Part shown: positions 28,842 to 37,417 of the stretch, piece after piece
Layout: each line of letters opens with the position of its first letter
Numbering within the stretch: the first letter of the stretch is position 1
Assembly (NCBI GenBank): GCA_965201145.1
Contig: CBDAVT010000002.1
Span: 1,417,084 to 1,481,083 of the forward strand
Direction of reading: 5' to 3'
Source: Dehalococcoidia bacterium
GTDB taxonomy: Bacteria > Chloroflexota > Dehalococcoidia > Lucifugimonadales > UBA3495
Length of the DNA stretch: 64,000 nucleotides
The notes under the pieces: generated by a model
The model's input: the letters and a program-made list of their open reading frames with translations, nothing else
Told to the model about the DNA's origin: nothing
The model's database searches: none
Translations under genes and position numbers: made by a program

Positions 28842-28880
28842 GAGCTTTGCTGAAGTCGGCTAACCGCTCCAGGCTGCAAT

Positions 28881-28932
28881 AAAGTTAACGGCGCTTCCCA
28901 CCGTAAAGGACGGGAAGCGCCGTTAACTTTTT
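28881..28932 (+). terminator. Rho-independent terminator of the surface-protein gene
   Basis: AAAGTTAACGGCGCTTCCC-accgtaaagga-CGGGAAGCGCCGTTAACTTTTT: long perfect stem followed by a T run. Confidence 0.85.
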
Positions 28933-29028
28933 GCCGGTTTTACGGCTGGGGAGATACGCGGAATCCCGCAATTACGGGAACTGTGGCCGGTCAAACATCA
29001 GGGAAGGAAAGAGTGGTTGGCTGGGAGC

Positions 29029-29211
29029 CAGGGCTATCGCATATGAAAAAATTTCAGGCTCAGAACGGAACTTTCCGATGTTTTGGCGGCGCTTTACTGG
29101 GTAATCGACATCAAAACCAACGGTTTAAGTCTTAAATTACCCAAATTTAGCAGTTAAAAACGGAGATTTACCCGTCAATTGGCCTCTTAAAATCCATATG
29201 CGATAGCCCTG
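29029..29211 (-). mobile_element. MITE copy 4 (183 bp, inverted orientation)
   Basis: Perfect 10-bp TSD GGCTGGGAGC at 29019-29028 and 29212-29221. Confidence 0.92.
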
Positions 29212-29230
29212 GGCTGGGAGCGGGTGAGTC

Positions 29231-29259
29231 TTGACCCCAGCCGCCCCGATTGATACACT
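29231..29259 (+). promoter_or_regulatory. Sigma70-like promoter for tRNA-Val (TTGACC-N17-TACACT)
   Basis: The hexamers lie at 29231-29236 and 29254-29259. The tRNA starts at 29271. Confidence 0.55.
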
Positions 29260-29270
29260 GAATCCAGCAG

Positions 29271-29347
29271 GGGCGGTTAGCTCAGTTGGTTAGAGCACTT
29301 GCTCGACACGCAAGAGGCCAGTGGTTCGAGTCCACTACCGCCCACCA
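29271..29347 (+). tRNA. tRNA-Val (anticodon GAC), CCA encoded
   Basis: Acceptor GGGCGGT/ACCGCCC, D arm GCTC..GAGC, anticodon arm CTTGC-TCGACAC-GCAAG, and T arm AGTGG-TTCGAGT-CCACT. Confidence 0.9.
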
Positions 29348-29378
29348 TCTTCTACAACCTTATCCCCCGCCGGAAAAG

Positions 29379-29489
29379 CCCTCACCCCTAACCCCTCTCC
29401 CGCGAGGAGAGGGGAACTTGTGTCGATAAATTTGTACCCCAAGCGAACACTCCTCCCTCTCCCCCAGGGAGAAGGGCCGGGGGTGAGGG
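29379..29489. repeat. REP-like composite palindromic element, copy b
   Basis: CCCTCACCCCTAACCCCTCTCCcgcgAGGAGAGGGG ... CCCTCTCCCccaGGGAGAAGGGCCGGGGGTGAGGG. Confidence 0.75.
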
Positions 29490-29531
29490 CCTACCGGGTG
29501 GTTCGGGCAGGTTCCTTCCTGCGCCGTTGGG

Positions 29532-32500
29532 CTAAGCGGCTTCATCATAGGTGATGGCGAAAATCTTTTCTGATAGCCACTTACCGAACGATTCGTTGTC
29601 AGAGTATTGCCGGAACAGCTCCGTATGGTCGGCGAGCAGGTCAGTAACCGCGCGCTCCAAAGCTTTGTCGTGCTCGATACGCGCATTTTGCCGGTCGGAA
29701 TTGGCCTTGGCGTTCTGGTAGGCTTTGTCCCTGGCGACCCGGGCCGGCAACTCTTCGGTAATCACCTGCTCTATCTTGTCCTGGTCCCGCCACTCGATGT
29801 TGCCGAAGCGGTTGTTGAAATCTTGCAGGATGTTGGAGAGGCGGTCCATTTCCGGTTCCGGCATTTGCCCGCCGCCGTCGGTGGGAACCGGCTCTATCTC
29901 CGCATCTTGATCCGGAAGCTGGATGTCCTGTGCGGCCTGCTTTTCCACCCGATAGCTGTCCATATCAATGGCCTGAAGGATGCCTCGGGACAGGTAGTCC
30001 TCTATCGGAGCCGGCAGCCTGGGTATAAGGAATGTCAGCAGGATAGAGAGTTTTTCCCAATCGGCGTAAGTGTAGGGGAGGATGGCCCCCAGGAAGCCGT
30101 AGGCCCGGAGAAATGCCTTTGCCTTGCTCTTGAAGTCAACCTGCCCGTCTTCGTCCAACTGCTCCCGGTAGAGGGCTACGCAATTATCCAGGATCGGATC
30201 CAGGCGGTCGCGGCCGGCCCCCGAAAGGTAGAGTTCCACCAGTTCGTTTACCTGTTCCGGCCCATAAACTTGATCGGCGTCAAGCGCCGCCTGGAGGTCA
30301 TGCAGCCGGTTCGGGTCAGTCTCCTCCGCCAGAATAGTGGTGCGGTAGTAATCGGCGAAAGCGTTTTGTATGGTGTCGGCGTCGTTGGAAAAATCCAGCA
30401 CGAAAGCGTCGTGTTTCCTGGGGTGCGCCCGGTTCAGGCGCGACAGCGTTTGTACCGCTTTGACGTCGGATAACGGCTTGTCCACGTACATCGTGTGCAG
30501 CAGCGGCTCATCGTAGCCTGTCTGGAACTTGTCGGCGCAGACCAGGAACCGGTAGGGATTTTCCTGTATTTTTTCGGCAATCAGGTTCGAGGGGAAGCCG
30601 TTGATGGACGCTTCAGTGACCTTTGCGCCGCCGTACTCCTGCTCCCCGGAAAAGGCGAGGATGGCCCGGTAGGGGCTTTTGCGCTCCAGCAGATACGCCT
30701 GAATGGCATGGAAGTAGGTTAGGGCTCGCTGAATGCTGCTGGTAACCACCATAGCCCGCGCTTCGCCGCCGATTTTCTTTAATCCCGCCACCTGCTCGTG
30801 GAAGTGGTCCACCATAATTTCCGCCTTGAGCCGGATGGCGTGGTCATTATCCTCCACATAACGGCGCAGCTTCTTCCCGGCCCGCTTGGTGTCGAACTCC
30901 GGGTCATCCGCCAGTGTCTTGACCAGCCGGTAATAGCTGTTCACCGGCGTATAGTGGGCCAGCACGTCGATAATGAAGCCCTCCTGAATGGCCTGCTTCA
31001 TAGTGTAGGCATGAAAGGGAAGGTGTTTGGTATTTCCCGCTGGGGTGACCGGCGCGCCAAATATCTCCAGGGTCTTGTTTTTGGGGGTCGCGGTGAAGGC
31101 GAAATAGCTGGCGTTGGATAACAGCTTCCGGCTCTCCATCAGCCGGTTAATCTGGTCTTCAGCGGTTTCCGCTTCCCCTACCTCGCCGGCTTCGCCCAAT
31201 GCCCTGGACATTGACGCCGAGTTGCTTCCGCCCTGGCTGGAATGGGCTTCGTCGATGATGATGGCAAACCGGCGCTCTCTATGATTGTTGCCAATAGCGT
31301 CCAAGATGAAAGGGAACTTCTGCACGGTAGTAATGATAATTCGCTTGTCCCCTTGAATCAGCGAGCCGAGATGACGGGAGGTCTCGGCATGGCCAACGAT
31401 GGAACCGACCTGGGCGAACTGTTTGATCGTGTCCCGTATCTGCCGGTCCAGCACCTTCCGGTCAGTTACGACTAGCACCGAATCGAAAAGGGGTTGCCCT
31501 TCCCGCTCCAGCCCAATCAACTGGTGGGCCAGCCAGGCGATAGAGTTGGACTTGCCGCTGCCGGCCGAATGCTGAATCAAATAGCGCGGTCCTACTCCCT
31601 GGGCCAAAGCATCGGCCAGCAGCTTTCGCACTGCATCCAACTGGTGGTAGCGAGGCCAGATATACTCCCGCTTTTTGCGTCCCGTTTTAGGGTCTTTCGT
31701 TTCTACAACCTGGGCGTAGTTTTCAATAATGTTGGTCAAACTGTCGCGGGTGAAGACTTCCTGCCACAGGTAGTCGGTCTTGATTCCATTGGGGTTGGGC
31801 GGGTTGCCGGCGCCATCGTTCCAGCCCCGGTTAAAGGGCAGAAACCAGGACGCCTTGCCCCGAAGGTGGGTGCAGAACTGCACCTCGTGGTCGTCCACGG
31901 CGAAGTGGGCCAGGCAGCGGCCCGGCTCAAACAGCTTATCGTTAGGGCTGCGGTCCCGTTTATACTGCTCGACGGCGGCATCCACCGTTTGCTTGGTCAG
32001 GCTGTTTTTAAGCTCGAAGGTGGCTACCGGCAAGCCATTAACGAAGACGCACAAGTCCAGGGCCAGTTGAGTCCGGTCCTGGCTGTAGCGGAGCTGCCGG
32101 GTTACGCTGAAGCGGTTCTGCCGGTACAAAGTCCGGGCCTTTTCGTTCCCGGGGGACGGCGTGCCGTAGAACAAGTCAATCTGGCGGGGGCCGTGCTTGA
32201 TACCGTTGCGGAGGACGGCCACACTGCCCCGTTTCGCAACCTCTCCCTGCAGCCGGGCCAGGAATCTGCGGCGGGCCGGGGTGTCCTGCTCCAGGTCCAG
32301 CGATTCGGCGGTGTCGGGCTGGGTCGCCGTGAGAAAGGCGGCAAGCTGGGCCAGGTCAACGCAATATTCGCGATCGTAATCCTGGGGGCTGCCGCTAATC
32401 CAGCCGGCGCCATAGCTTGCCGGCCGCTCGCCGACGCCGGACGGGCCCACGCCTTCCGGTGTCGCCCCGCCGGAAGGCCCGGTCAGGGTGGCAACAATCA

Positions 32501-32537
32501 GGCTTTCCAACCCCTTCTCGCTGGTGTCGGTGGTCAT
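29532..32537 (-). CDS. hsdR: Type I restriction enzyme R subunit
   Basis: About 1,001 aa from MTTDTSEKGLESLIV. Helicase motifs QHSAGSGKSNSIAWLA (motif I), IIDEAHSSQGG (DEAH), and FTATPKNKT. The C-terminal domain is typical of HsdR. Confidence 0.9.
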   Translation of the reverse strand: MTTDTSEKGLESLIVATLTGPSGGATPEGVGPSGVGERPASYGAGWISGSPQDYDREYCVDLAQLAAFLTATQPDTAESLDLEQDTPARRRFLARLQGEVAKRGSVAVLRNGIKHGPRQIDLFYGTPSPGNEKARTLYRQNRFSVTRQLRYSQDRTQLALDLCVFVNGLPVATFELKNSLTKQTVDAAVEQYKRDRSPNDKLFEPGRCLAHFAVDDHEVQFCTHLRGKASWFLPFNRGWNDGAGNPPNPNGIKTDYLWQEVFTRDSLTNIIENYAQVVETKDPKTGRKKREYIWPRYHQLDAVRKLLADALAQGVGPRYLIQHSAGSGKSNSIAWLAHQLIGLEREGQPLFDSVLVVTDRKVLDRQIRDTIKQFAQVGSIVGHAETSRHLGSLIQGDKRIIITTVQKFPFILDAIGNNHRERRFAIIIDEAHSSQGGSNSASMSRALGEAGEVGEAETAEDQINRLMESRKLLSNASYFAFTATPKNKTLEIFGAPVTPAGNTKHLPFHAYTMKQAIQEGFIIDVLAHYTPVNSYYRLVKTLADDPEFDTKRAGKKLRRYVEDNDHAIRLKAEIMVDHFHEQVAGLKKIGGEARAMVVTSSIQRALTYFHAIQAYLLERKSPYRAILAFSGEQEYGGAKVTEASINGFPSNLIAEKIQENPYRFLVCADKFQTGYDEPLLHTMYVDKPLSDVKAVQTLSRLNRAHPRKHDAFVLDFSNDADTIQNAFADYYRTTILAEETDPNRLHDLQAALDADQVYGPEQVNELVELYLSGAGRDRLDPILDNCVALYREQLDEDGQVDFKSKAKAFLRAYGFLGAILPYTYADWEKLSILLTFLIPRLPAPIEDYLSRGILQAIDMDSYRVEKQAAQDIQLPDQDAEIEPVPTDGGGQMPEPEMDRLSNILQDFNNRFGNIEWRDQDKIEQVITEELPARVARDKAYQNAKANSDRQNARIEHDKALERAVTDLLADHTELFRQYSDNESFGKWLSEKIFAITYDEAA

Positions 32538-32556
32538 ACTGCGCCTCTCCGGTCGG

Positions 32557-32874
32557 TCAGATAGGAACTTCCCGAAATTCGCCGGGTTTAATGCCGTCGA
32601 TGGCCGCCCGGATGTCTTCGATCCGCAACCGGGCATAAGGCCAAGCGGTGGAGCGCAACACTATAACCGCCAAACGCCGGCCGGCCAGGTCCTGCTGATG
32701 GCGCATATTTTGGTCGGTGGTTATCAATATCTCGTAACCCTCACGCTCCGCTATGTCCAACAGGTTACCGTTGCTTAACTCCCGCCATCCTCGCTGGGCG
32801 GAAGTGTCCACCGAATGTTCGGTCAGGTGTCTGCGAAGTGGTCCGGGAACCCCGTGGTCAAACAGGAGTTTCAA
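32557..32874 (-). CDS. DUF5615-type PIN-like protein (putative toxin partner of DUF433)
   Basis: MKLLFDHGVPGPLRRHL...GYEILITTDQNMRHQQ. Overlaps the upstream DUF433 gene by 17 nt. Confidence 0.6.
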   Translation of the reverse strand: MKLLFDHGVPGPLRRHLTEHSVDTSAQRGWRELSNGNLLDIAEREGYEILITTDQNMRHQQDLAGRRLAVIVLRSTAWPYARLRIEDIRAAIDGIKPGEFREVPI

Positions 32875-33106
32875 GGCCGGCCTGCGATTCCGCAGCTTTC
32901 AGAGAATCGGCCACATGCCGCAACACGGCTCTGACCTTCCATTCTTCGGCGCCCTCGAACCACTCCAGGTATTCGGCCACCGTAGCGCCGCTCTCCAAGT
33001 TCTCAAACAGGCTCGCTACAGGCAACCGGGTTCCGGTGAATACCCAGGCCCCACTCACCCGACCGGGCACGCTCTCCACCACCGGGCAGGTTTCCCAATT
33101 TACCAT
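32858..33106 (-). CDS. DUF433-domain protein (putative antitoxin-like partner)
   Basis: GRVSGAWVFTGTRLPVASLFENLESGATVAEYLEWF matches the DUF433 pattern. Confidence 0.6.
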   Translation of the reverse strand: MVNWETCPVVESVPGRVSGAWVFTGTRLPVASLFENLESGATVAEYLEWFEGAEEWKVRAVLRHVADSLKAAESQAGLETPV

Positions 33107-33116
33107 AATGCCACCT

Positions 33117-33263
33117 TACCTCATAGCCTTCTCTTTCCGCATTGTCCAGCAAGCTTCCATTTCTGAGTTCGGCCCAGCCCTTCTCGTTGGCGGTATCTAC
33201 AATGTGGTCCGGGAGGTAACGGCGCAGGGGCCGTGGGGTGTCGTGGTCAAACCGGATTCTCAT
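33117..33263 (-). pseudogene. Truncated second DUF5615 gene (first ~49 codons only)
   Basis: MRIRFDHDTPRPLRRYLPDHIVDTANEKGWAELRNGSLLDNAEREGYE parallels the intact paralog up to EREGYE. The frame then runs straight into the start of the next DUF433 gene. Confidence 0.6.
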
Positions 33264-33486
33264 GTTTTACCTTGACGTCAAGGCTCTTGACCACGTGTTC
33301 CAGCACGGCGTTTACCTGCCACTTTTCCATCCCGGCAAACCAGTCCAGGAACTCTGCTACGGTGGCTCCGGCGGCCAGATTCCCGAACAGGGCAGAAACC
33401 GGCACCCGAGTCTTAGTGAAGAGCCATTCTCCGCCGTACTTGCCCGGTATGCTTTCCACCGCCGGACAGGTTTCCCAATTTAGCAT
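33247..33486 (-). CDS. DUF433-domain protein, second copy
   Basis: MLNWETCPAVESIPGKYGGEWLFTKTRVPVSALFGNLAAGATVAEFLDWF is a paralog of the gene at 32858-33106. Confidence 0.6.
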   Translation of the reverse strand: MLNWETCPAVESIPGKYGGEWLFTKTRVPVSALFGNLAAGATVAEFLDWFAGMEKWQVNAVLEHVVKSLDVKVKHENPV

Positions 33487-33512
33487 AGCATCACCCCATC
33501 CATATTTAACCG

Positions 33513-34256
33513 CTAATCCGGACTTTCGGCAACGTCCCGGGAAGGCTCTCCGGAGTCAACCGTCTGTCGGACCTCCTCTTCTCGCGGGCCATCGTCCTCA
33601 TCCGGCAGCAGGGCCGCCGCCGCTCGCACGTCCAGTTGGCCGGTAACCACGTCGTTAATCAGGCGGGTGCGGTACTCCTCCGCCAACTCAATCTGGCGGC
33701 GGGCGCGGGCGATGGCAGCGCCAATGACGGCAGTGGCCTGGGCCAGGTATTCGGCGATGGCTTGCTGCTCGGGGAGGGGTGGGAGGGGGGCTATCCTGTG
33801 ATAAGCGTCTTCACGACCTAGCCCCGGTATCGCAGAATCCTTAGTTACACTATCGAGTTTTAACCAGCCTAAAAGATAAAACAGCCATCGCAAATTTGCT
33901 TTTGAAAGTCGCTCATCCACAAAATATGTCGTATCTATTGCGAACGCCTGCTGGTCAACAAAGTTGACTTTGCCAAATGAACCTTTGCGGCCAATAATAA
34001 CGCATGGCGCTAATGTATTGGCAGATGAATGACTACCGACGCACCCGTTTGACCCGTACACAGGAACATCGCCATCGTCTCTCATCTCTGCCGTAAGTGT
34101 GTCTCCATATGCAAAGCGACAAATTGATTTCAGCCGTCGCACTTCCCAATGCTCCGGCACATCGCCCAGCCAGGGGACGCCGGAGGGTTTGCAGGCGGGG
34201 TAGGGGTGCAGGGTGGGGGGCGTAATCGCCATCTGGCGCAGCTCTCGTTGGCTCAA
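33513..34256 (-). CDS. hsdS: Type I R-M specificity subunit, half-size (single target-recognition domain)
   Basis: PEHWEVRRLKSI...GSNG...IIGRKGSFGKV...LPPLPEQQAIAEYL...ELAEEYRTRLINDVVTGQLDVR. One TRD plus one conserved helical spacer. The start is either TTG 34256 or ATG 34232. Confidence 0.85.
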   Translation of the reverse strand: MSQRELRQMAITPPTLHPYPACKPSGVPWLGDVPEHWEVRRLKSICRFAYGDTLTAEMRDDGDVPVYGSNGCVGSHSSANTLAPCVIIGRKGSFGKVNFVDQQAFAIDTTYFVDERLSKANLRWLFYLLGWLKLDSVTKDSAIPGLGREDAYHRIAPLPPLPEQQAIAEYLAQATAVIGAAIARARRQIELAEEYRTRLINDVVTGQLDVRAAAALLPDEDDGPREEEVRQTVDSGEPSRDVAESPD

Positions 34257-35032
34257 GCTAAGGCTGCCCCGGCGAGACGGCGCATATCTGCAATGCCGTC
34301 TCCCTTGAGGGCGTCCAGGTCCGGGTACTGTTTATCGGCGTTTCTCGTCAAATAATCCTGTTCCTTTTTGCCCAGTCCTCCCATGTCTTCGTGGACTACG
34401 AAACTGATGAAAGGCAGCTGCGCCTTTTTGAACTCCAGGAGACAGATTGCCACGCTCTTGGCCTTGTTGTTTCCCCGCACTCCAAACAGGAACAGATCAC
34501 GATTATTGTGAGTCAACGCCCAATCCACACTGATGACCGGGTAGTCAGTCAGTGGCGTGAGGTCGGCCACCGGCGAAAATTCATTCAAGCCGGTGGTTAC
34601 ATATTCCTGCAAGTCAGCATAGAAGGCATTGCGCACAACTTCCCGCCCCCAGTAGCGCATATTGCACACTTTCTGCACACACTCGGCGAACTGTAGAATA
34701 CCTTCGTAAACACGATCGACGGGGACATCCAGATAGAAATTGCCGGTGTCATTATCTACCCGGTTGTTAATCAGGATGCTCCTTATTATTTCCTCTCTGG
34801 CGCTGGTGCTGAGGTCGAAAGTATAGGACAAGCGCATAAGGGCCATTCCAAAGTCGCAGATTCGGACATATCCATCGCCCAATGGGCTGTCATCCAGGTA
34901 TATGTCCACCATGTCGCCGTCTTCATGCAGTATGGGAACTACCAGCTGGCAATCGCCGGTTTCCCGTTCATAAACGTCAAAGCCTGCGGAAGGCGCTTTT
35001 TCCAGTAATATCTGAGCGTGGTTAATATCCAC
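34253..35032 (-). CDS. Passenger gene in the type I R-M operon, possibly DUF1828/DUF1829-like
   Basis: 259-aa ORF with a GTG start that overlaps both neighbouring genes. The family assignment is from memory of typical hsd-embedded proteins and is not verifiable here. Confidence 0.45.
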   Translation of the reverse strand: MDINHAQILLEKAPSAGFDVYERETGDCQLVVPILHEDGDMVDIYLDDSPLGDGYVRICDFGMALMRLSYTFDLSTSAREEIIRSILINNRVDNDTGNFYLDVPVDRVYEGILQFAECVQKVCNMRYWGREVVRNAFYADLQEYVTTGLNEFSPVADLTPLTDYPVISVDWALTHNNRDLFLFGVRGNNKAKSVAICLLEFKKAQLPFISFVVHEDMGGLGKKEQDYLTRNADKQYPDLDALKGDGIADMRRLAGAALA

Positions 35033-35519
35033 CGAAGAGCCTCGCTTGAATTAACTCCGGGAAAAATTCGGTGTAGTTAGGGGCGCCGATGTCGGTAAAG
35101 AACACTCGCAGCGCCTCCTCAAAGGTGCTGTACTTGTCTGTAGCAACCCTCCATGTTTCTTGAGGCTGATAATGTTGGTTAGCCAGCTCTGCCGCGGTGA
35201 TGTAATGGATGTGCGGCTAGGCATAATGCCCATCGAGAGCCCGGCTAACTTCTCCATGGGGGCCGTTATACCTTGCCAGGGTAATAGTCGTCAACTTTCC
35301 TTCGTTAGCTGAGTAGCGAAGGCCAATGGTGAAGTTCAGGTTTATTCTGAGATTCTGCCGGATAAACACCGAGAAAACTCTGCCGTCTTCGTCGGAAGAC
35401 ATTAATTCCAGGTCGCAACGCCGCTGATTATTTTCTTCCCGATAGCCTTGGACGGGACTTTTGCTAGTTATGCGCTTGGGCTGACGAATCAGCATTTCAA
35501 TGTCTTGGTCGGTAATCAT
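35022..35519 (-). pseudogene. Hypothetical passenger gene with an in-frame TAG
   Basis: MITDQDIEML...ARYNGPHGEVSRALDGHYA-TAG(35217-35219)-PHIHYITAAELANQ...PELIQARLFGGY. The same frame continues 65 codons beyond the stop and ends overlapping the next gene's start. Confidence 0.6.
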
Positions 35520-35938
35520 AGGCGAATTTCCTGCGCCAGCCACTCCCAATCAGCCGGGTTATCCAGATTGAGAACCCGCACAAATGTATGGTCGGTCGCT
35601 GCGTTGAGGCAATGCCATTGGGCGCAACGAGTCGCCAGATCAATCTCCAGGCTGGCTTCATTCGGGCCGAGAGATCATTCGGCGTGAACCCCGCCTTCCG
35701 GTGTCGGATACAAATACGGCCGGAGCAGGTCGGGTGCGTATCGCAACCTGAACTGTTCGGCAAGCCAATCCAGGCCTTCCGCCGGGGGCGCCTTCCCGTA
35801 ACCTTCTCCCCATTGACCGGCCGGTTGCAGTCCGTCGGCCCAGCCGTCATTCAACCCTTTGAGTTCCGTCAGTCGGCGAGCTATGTCCAACGGGTCGACG
35901 GATACGCGCTCGCTTCGGCTTTGATCAATATATCGCAT
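35516..35938 (-). pseudogene. Hypothetical passenger gene with an in-frame TGA
   Basis: MRYIDQSRSE...YPTPEGGVHAE-TGA(35675-35677)-SLGPNEASLEIDL...WLAQEIRL. The terminal TGA overlaps the ATG of the next gene (ATGA). Confidence 0.6.
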
Positions 35939-35955
35939 AGTTCTTGCTTTGTCCT

Positions 35956-36211
35956 TTAGATGTTGCTCTTGCCCTGTCCGGCGTCGCCGGTGAAAAGGGA
36001 GCTGCCGTTGTGCACCTCGGCGATGCGGCTGCCCAGGGGCGTGTCCCGCTTCATCTTGATCAGCTGCCTTCGTCGGTTCCAGCACCGCATCCAGGCGGCG
36101 GATGACGGTCATCGGCAGGATAGCGTCGCGGTACTTGCCCCGCACATAGACATCGCGGAGCACATCATCCGCAATACCCCAAATGAAGCTGCTGACATTG
36201 AGCGCGCTCAT
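35956..36211 (-). pseudogene. hsdM: Type I R-M methylase remnant: N-terminal ~48 codons joined out of frame to a short post-catalytic fragment
   Basis: MSALNVSSFIWGIADDVLRDVYVRGKYRDAILPMTVIRRLDAVLEPTK is the HsdM N-terminal domain. The next frame reads GSRIAEVHNGSSLFTGDAGQGKSNI-stop, which corresponds to the NGSxLFTGxAGxGES box. The SAM-binding and NPPF core is absent. Confidence 0.75.
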
Positions 36212-36391
36212 CAAGTCCTCCCCGCCGCGGACACGGTCGCCGTTACCTAAAGTCATTCCGTCCCGGCCGGTCTTCCCAGATCAGCAAAGGCGCCGGTGTT
36301 TACCGCCGCTACGGTTTCCTGCCGACGCATTGCCAACAACTATGGTATCACGCTGGAGGCGCTGGGGACAAAAACAGCAGCGGCGCGCGGA

Positions 36392-36507
36392 CCTCAACCC
36401 CCGGCCCCTCTCCCTGGGGGAGAAGGGAGAGGATGCTTGGCACAGCGGGCAAGCTCCCCAACCCAAAGTCCCCCTCGCCTCGTGGGAGAGGGGGTTAGGG
36501 GTGAGGG
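36392..36507. repeat. REP-like composite palindromic element, copy c
   Basis: CCTCAACCCCCGGCCCCTCTCCCtggGGGAGAAGGGAGAGG ... CCCCCTCGCCTCGTGGGAGAGGGGGTTAGGGGTGAGGG. Confidence 0.7.
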
Positions 36508-36528
36508 CTTTCGGGGAATGGCGGAGGG

Positions 36529-37164
36529 TTACTCCTCAGGGTCGGGCAGGGGGACCCGAAACATGACGTTGCCGTCCTGGTCGTGGGAATGGGTCATTAT
36601 GGCTTGCTGCAAGCTGCGAATCTGCCCCTGGATTCGCGCACTCTCATAACGAATTAACTCCTCGTTTTGGCGGATGAGGGCTTCCATGTGCCGGAAGCGT
36701 TCTTCGTTCAAGGCATTCATCTGCTGGAAGCGATCTTCCATCCGTTCTTCCATGCGCCGGAAGCGCTCTTCGTTCAGGGCGTCCATCTGCCGGAAGCGCT
36801 CTTCCATCTGCCGGAAACGTTCCTGGTTCAGGGCATCCATGCTTTCGAAACGGTCATATACTCGCTGAAAGCGTTCTTCGTTGCGGGCTTCCATACCTTG
36901 GAAGCGTTCTTCGTTGCGGGCGTCCATGCTTTCGAAACGGTCATATACTCGCTGAAAGCGTTCTTCGTTGCGGGCTTCCATACCTTGGAAGCGTTCTTCG
37001 TTACGGGTTTCCACCGCCTGGAGCTCGGCGCGGAACACTTCCGGTATCCGGGCCGTGGCCTCGGTGAGCTTGCCGATGCGGAAGACGGCCGTGGCCGAAA
37101 GTCCGACTATGGCGAGAAAAACGGTGGCAATGGCGGCGACGCCGGCAATATCGACCAGGTCCAT
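36529..37164 (-). CDS. Membrane-anchored coiled-coil repeat protein (N-terminal TM helix, reiterated RNEERFQ units)
   Basis: TM segment IAGVAAIATVFLAIVGLSATAVF followed by repeats ARNEERFQGME / ARNEERFQRVYDRFESMD (11- and 18-residue periodicity). Confidence 0.7.
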   Translation of the reverse strand: MDLVDIAGVAAIATVFLAIVGLSATAVFRIGKLTEATARIPEVFRAELQAVETRNEERFQGMEARNEERFQRVYDRFESMDARNEERFQGMEARNEERFQRVYDRFESMDALNQERFRQMEERFRQMDALNEERFRRMEERMEDRFQQMNALNEERFRHMEALIRQNEELIRYESARIQGQIRSLQQAIMTHSHDQDGNVMFRVPLPDPEE

Positions 37165-37245
37165 GGTGTAGGGGCCTCCCCGGTTCTGGATGGTAGCTGC
37201 TATTTTAACCTATTGCGGCCGACTTGGGTACTGGGGTGGCGGCGG

Positions 37246-37358
37246 CCCTCACCCCCGGCCCCTCTCCCCCAGGGAGAGGGGAGAGTCTGGTGGGTGGGAC
37301 GGTTGCTTCACTGATCTAGGCCCCCCTCGCCTCGTGGGAGAGGGGTTAGGGGTGAGGG
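37246..37358. repeat. REP-like composite palindromic element, copy d
   Basis: CCCTCACCCCCGGCCCCTCTCCCCCAGGGAGAGGGGAGAG ... CCCCCTCGCCTCGTGGGAGAGGGGTTAGGGGTGAGGG. Confidence 0.75.
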
Positions 37359-37417
37359 CAAGCGAAGCCCCCGGCAGTATAACCGCCGGGGGCTTGCAGC
37401 TGTCACCGTCCTTTGGA

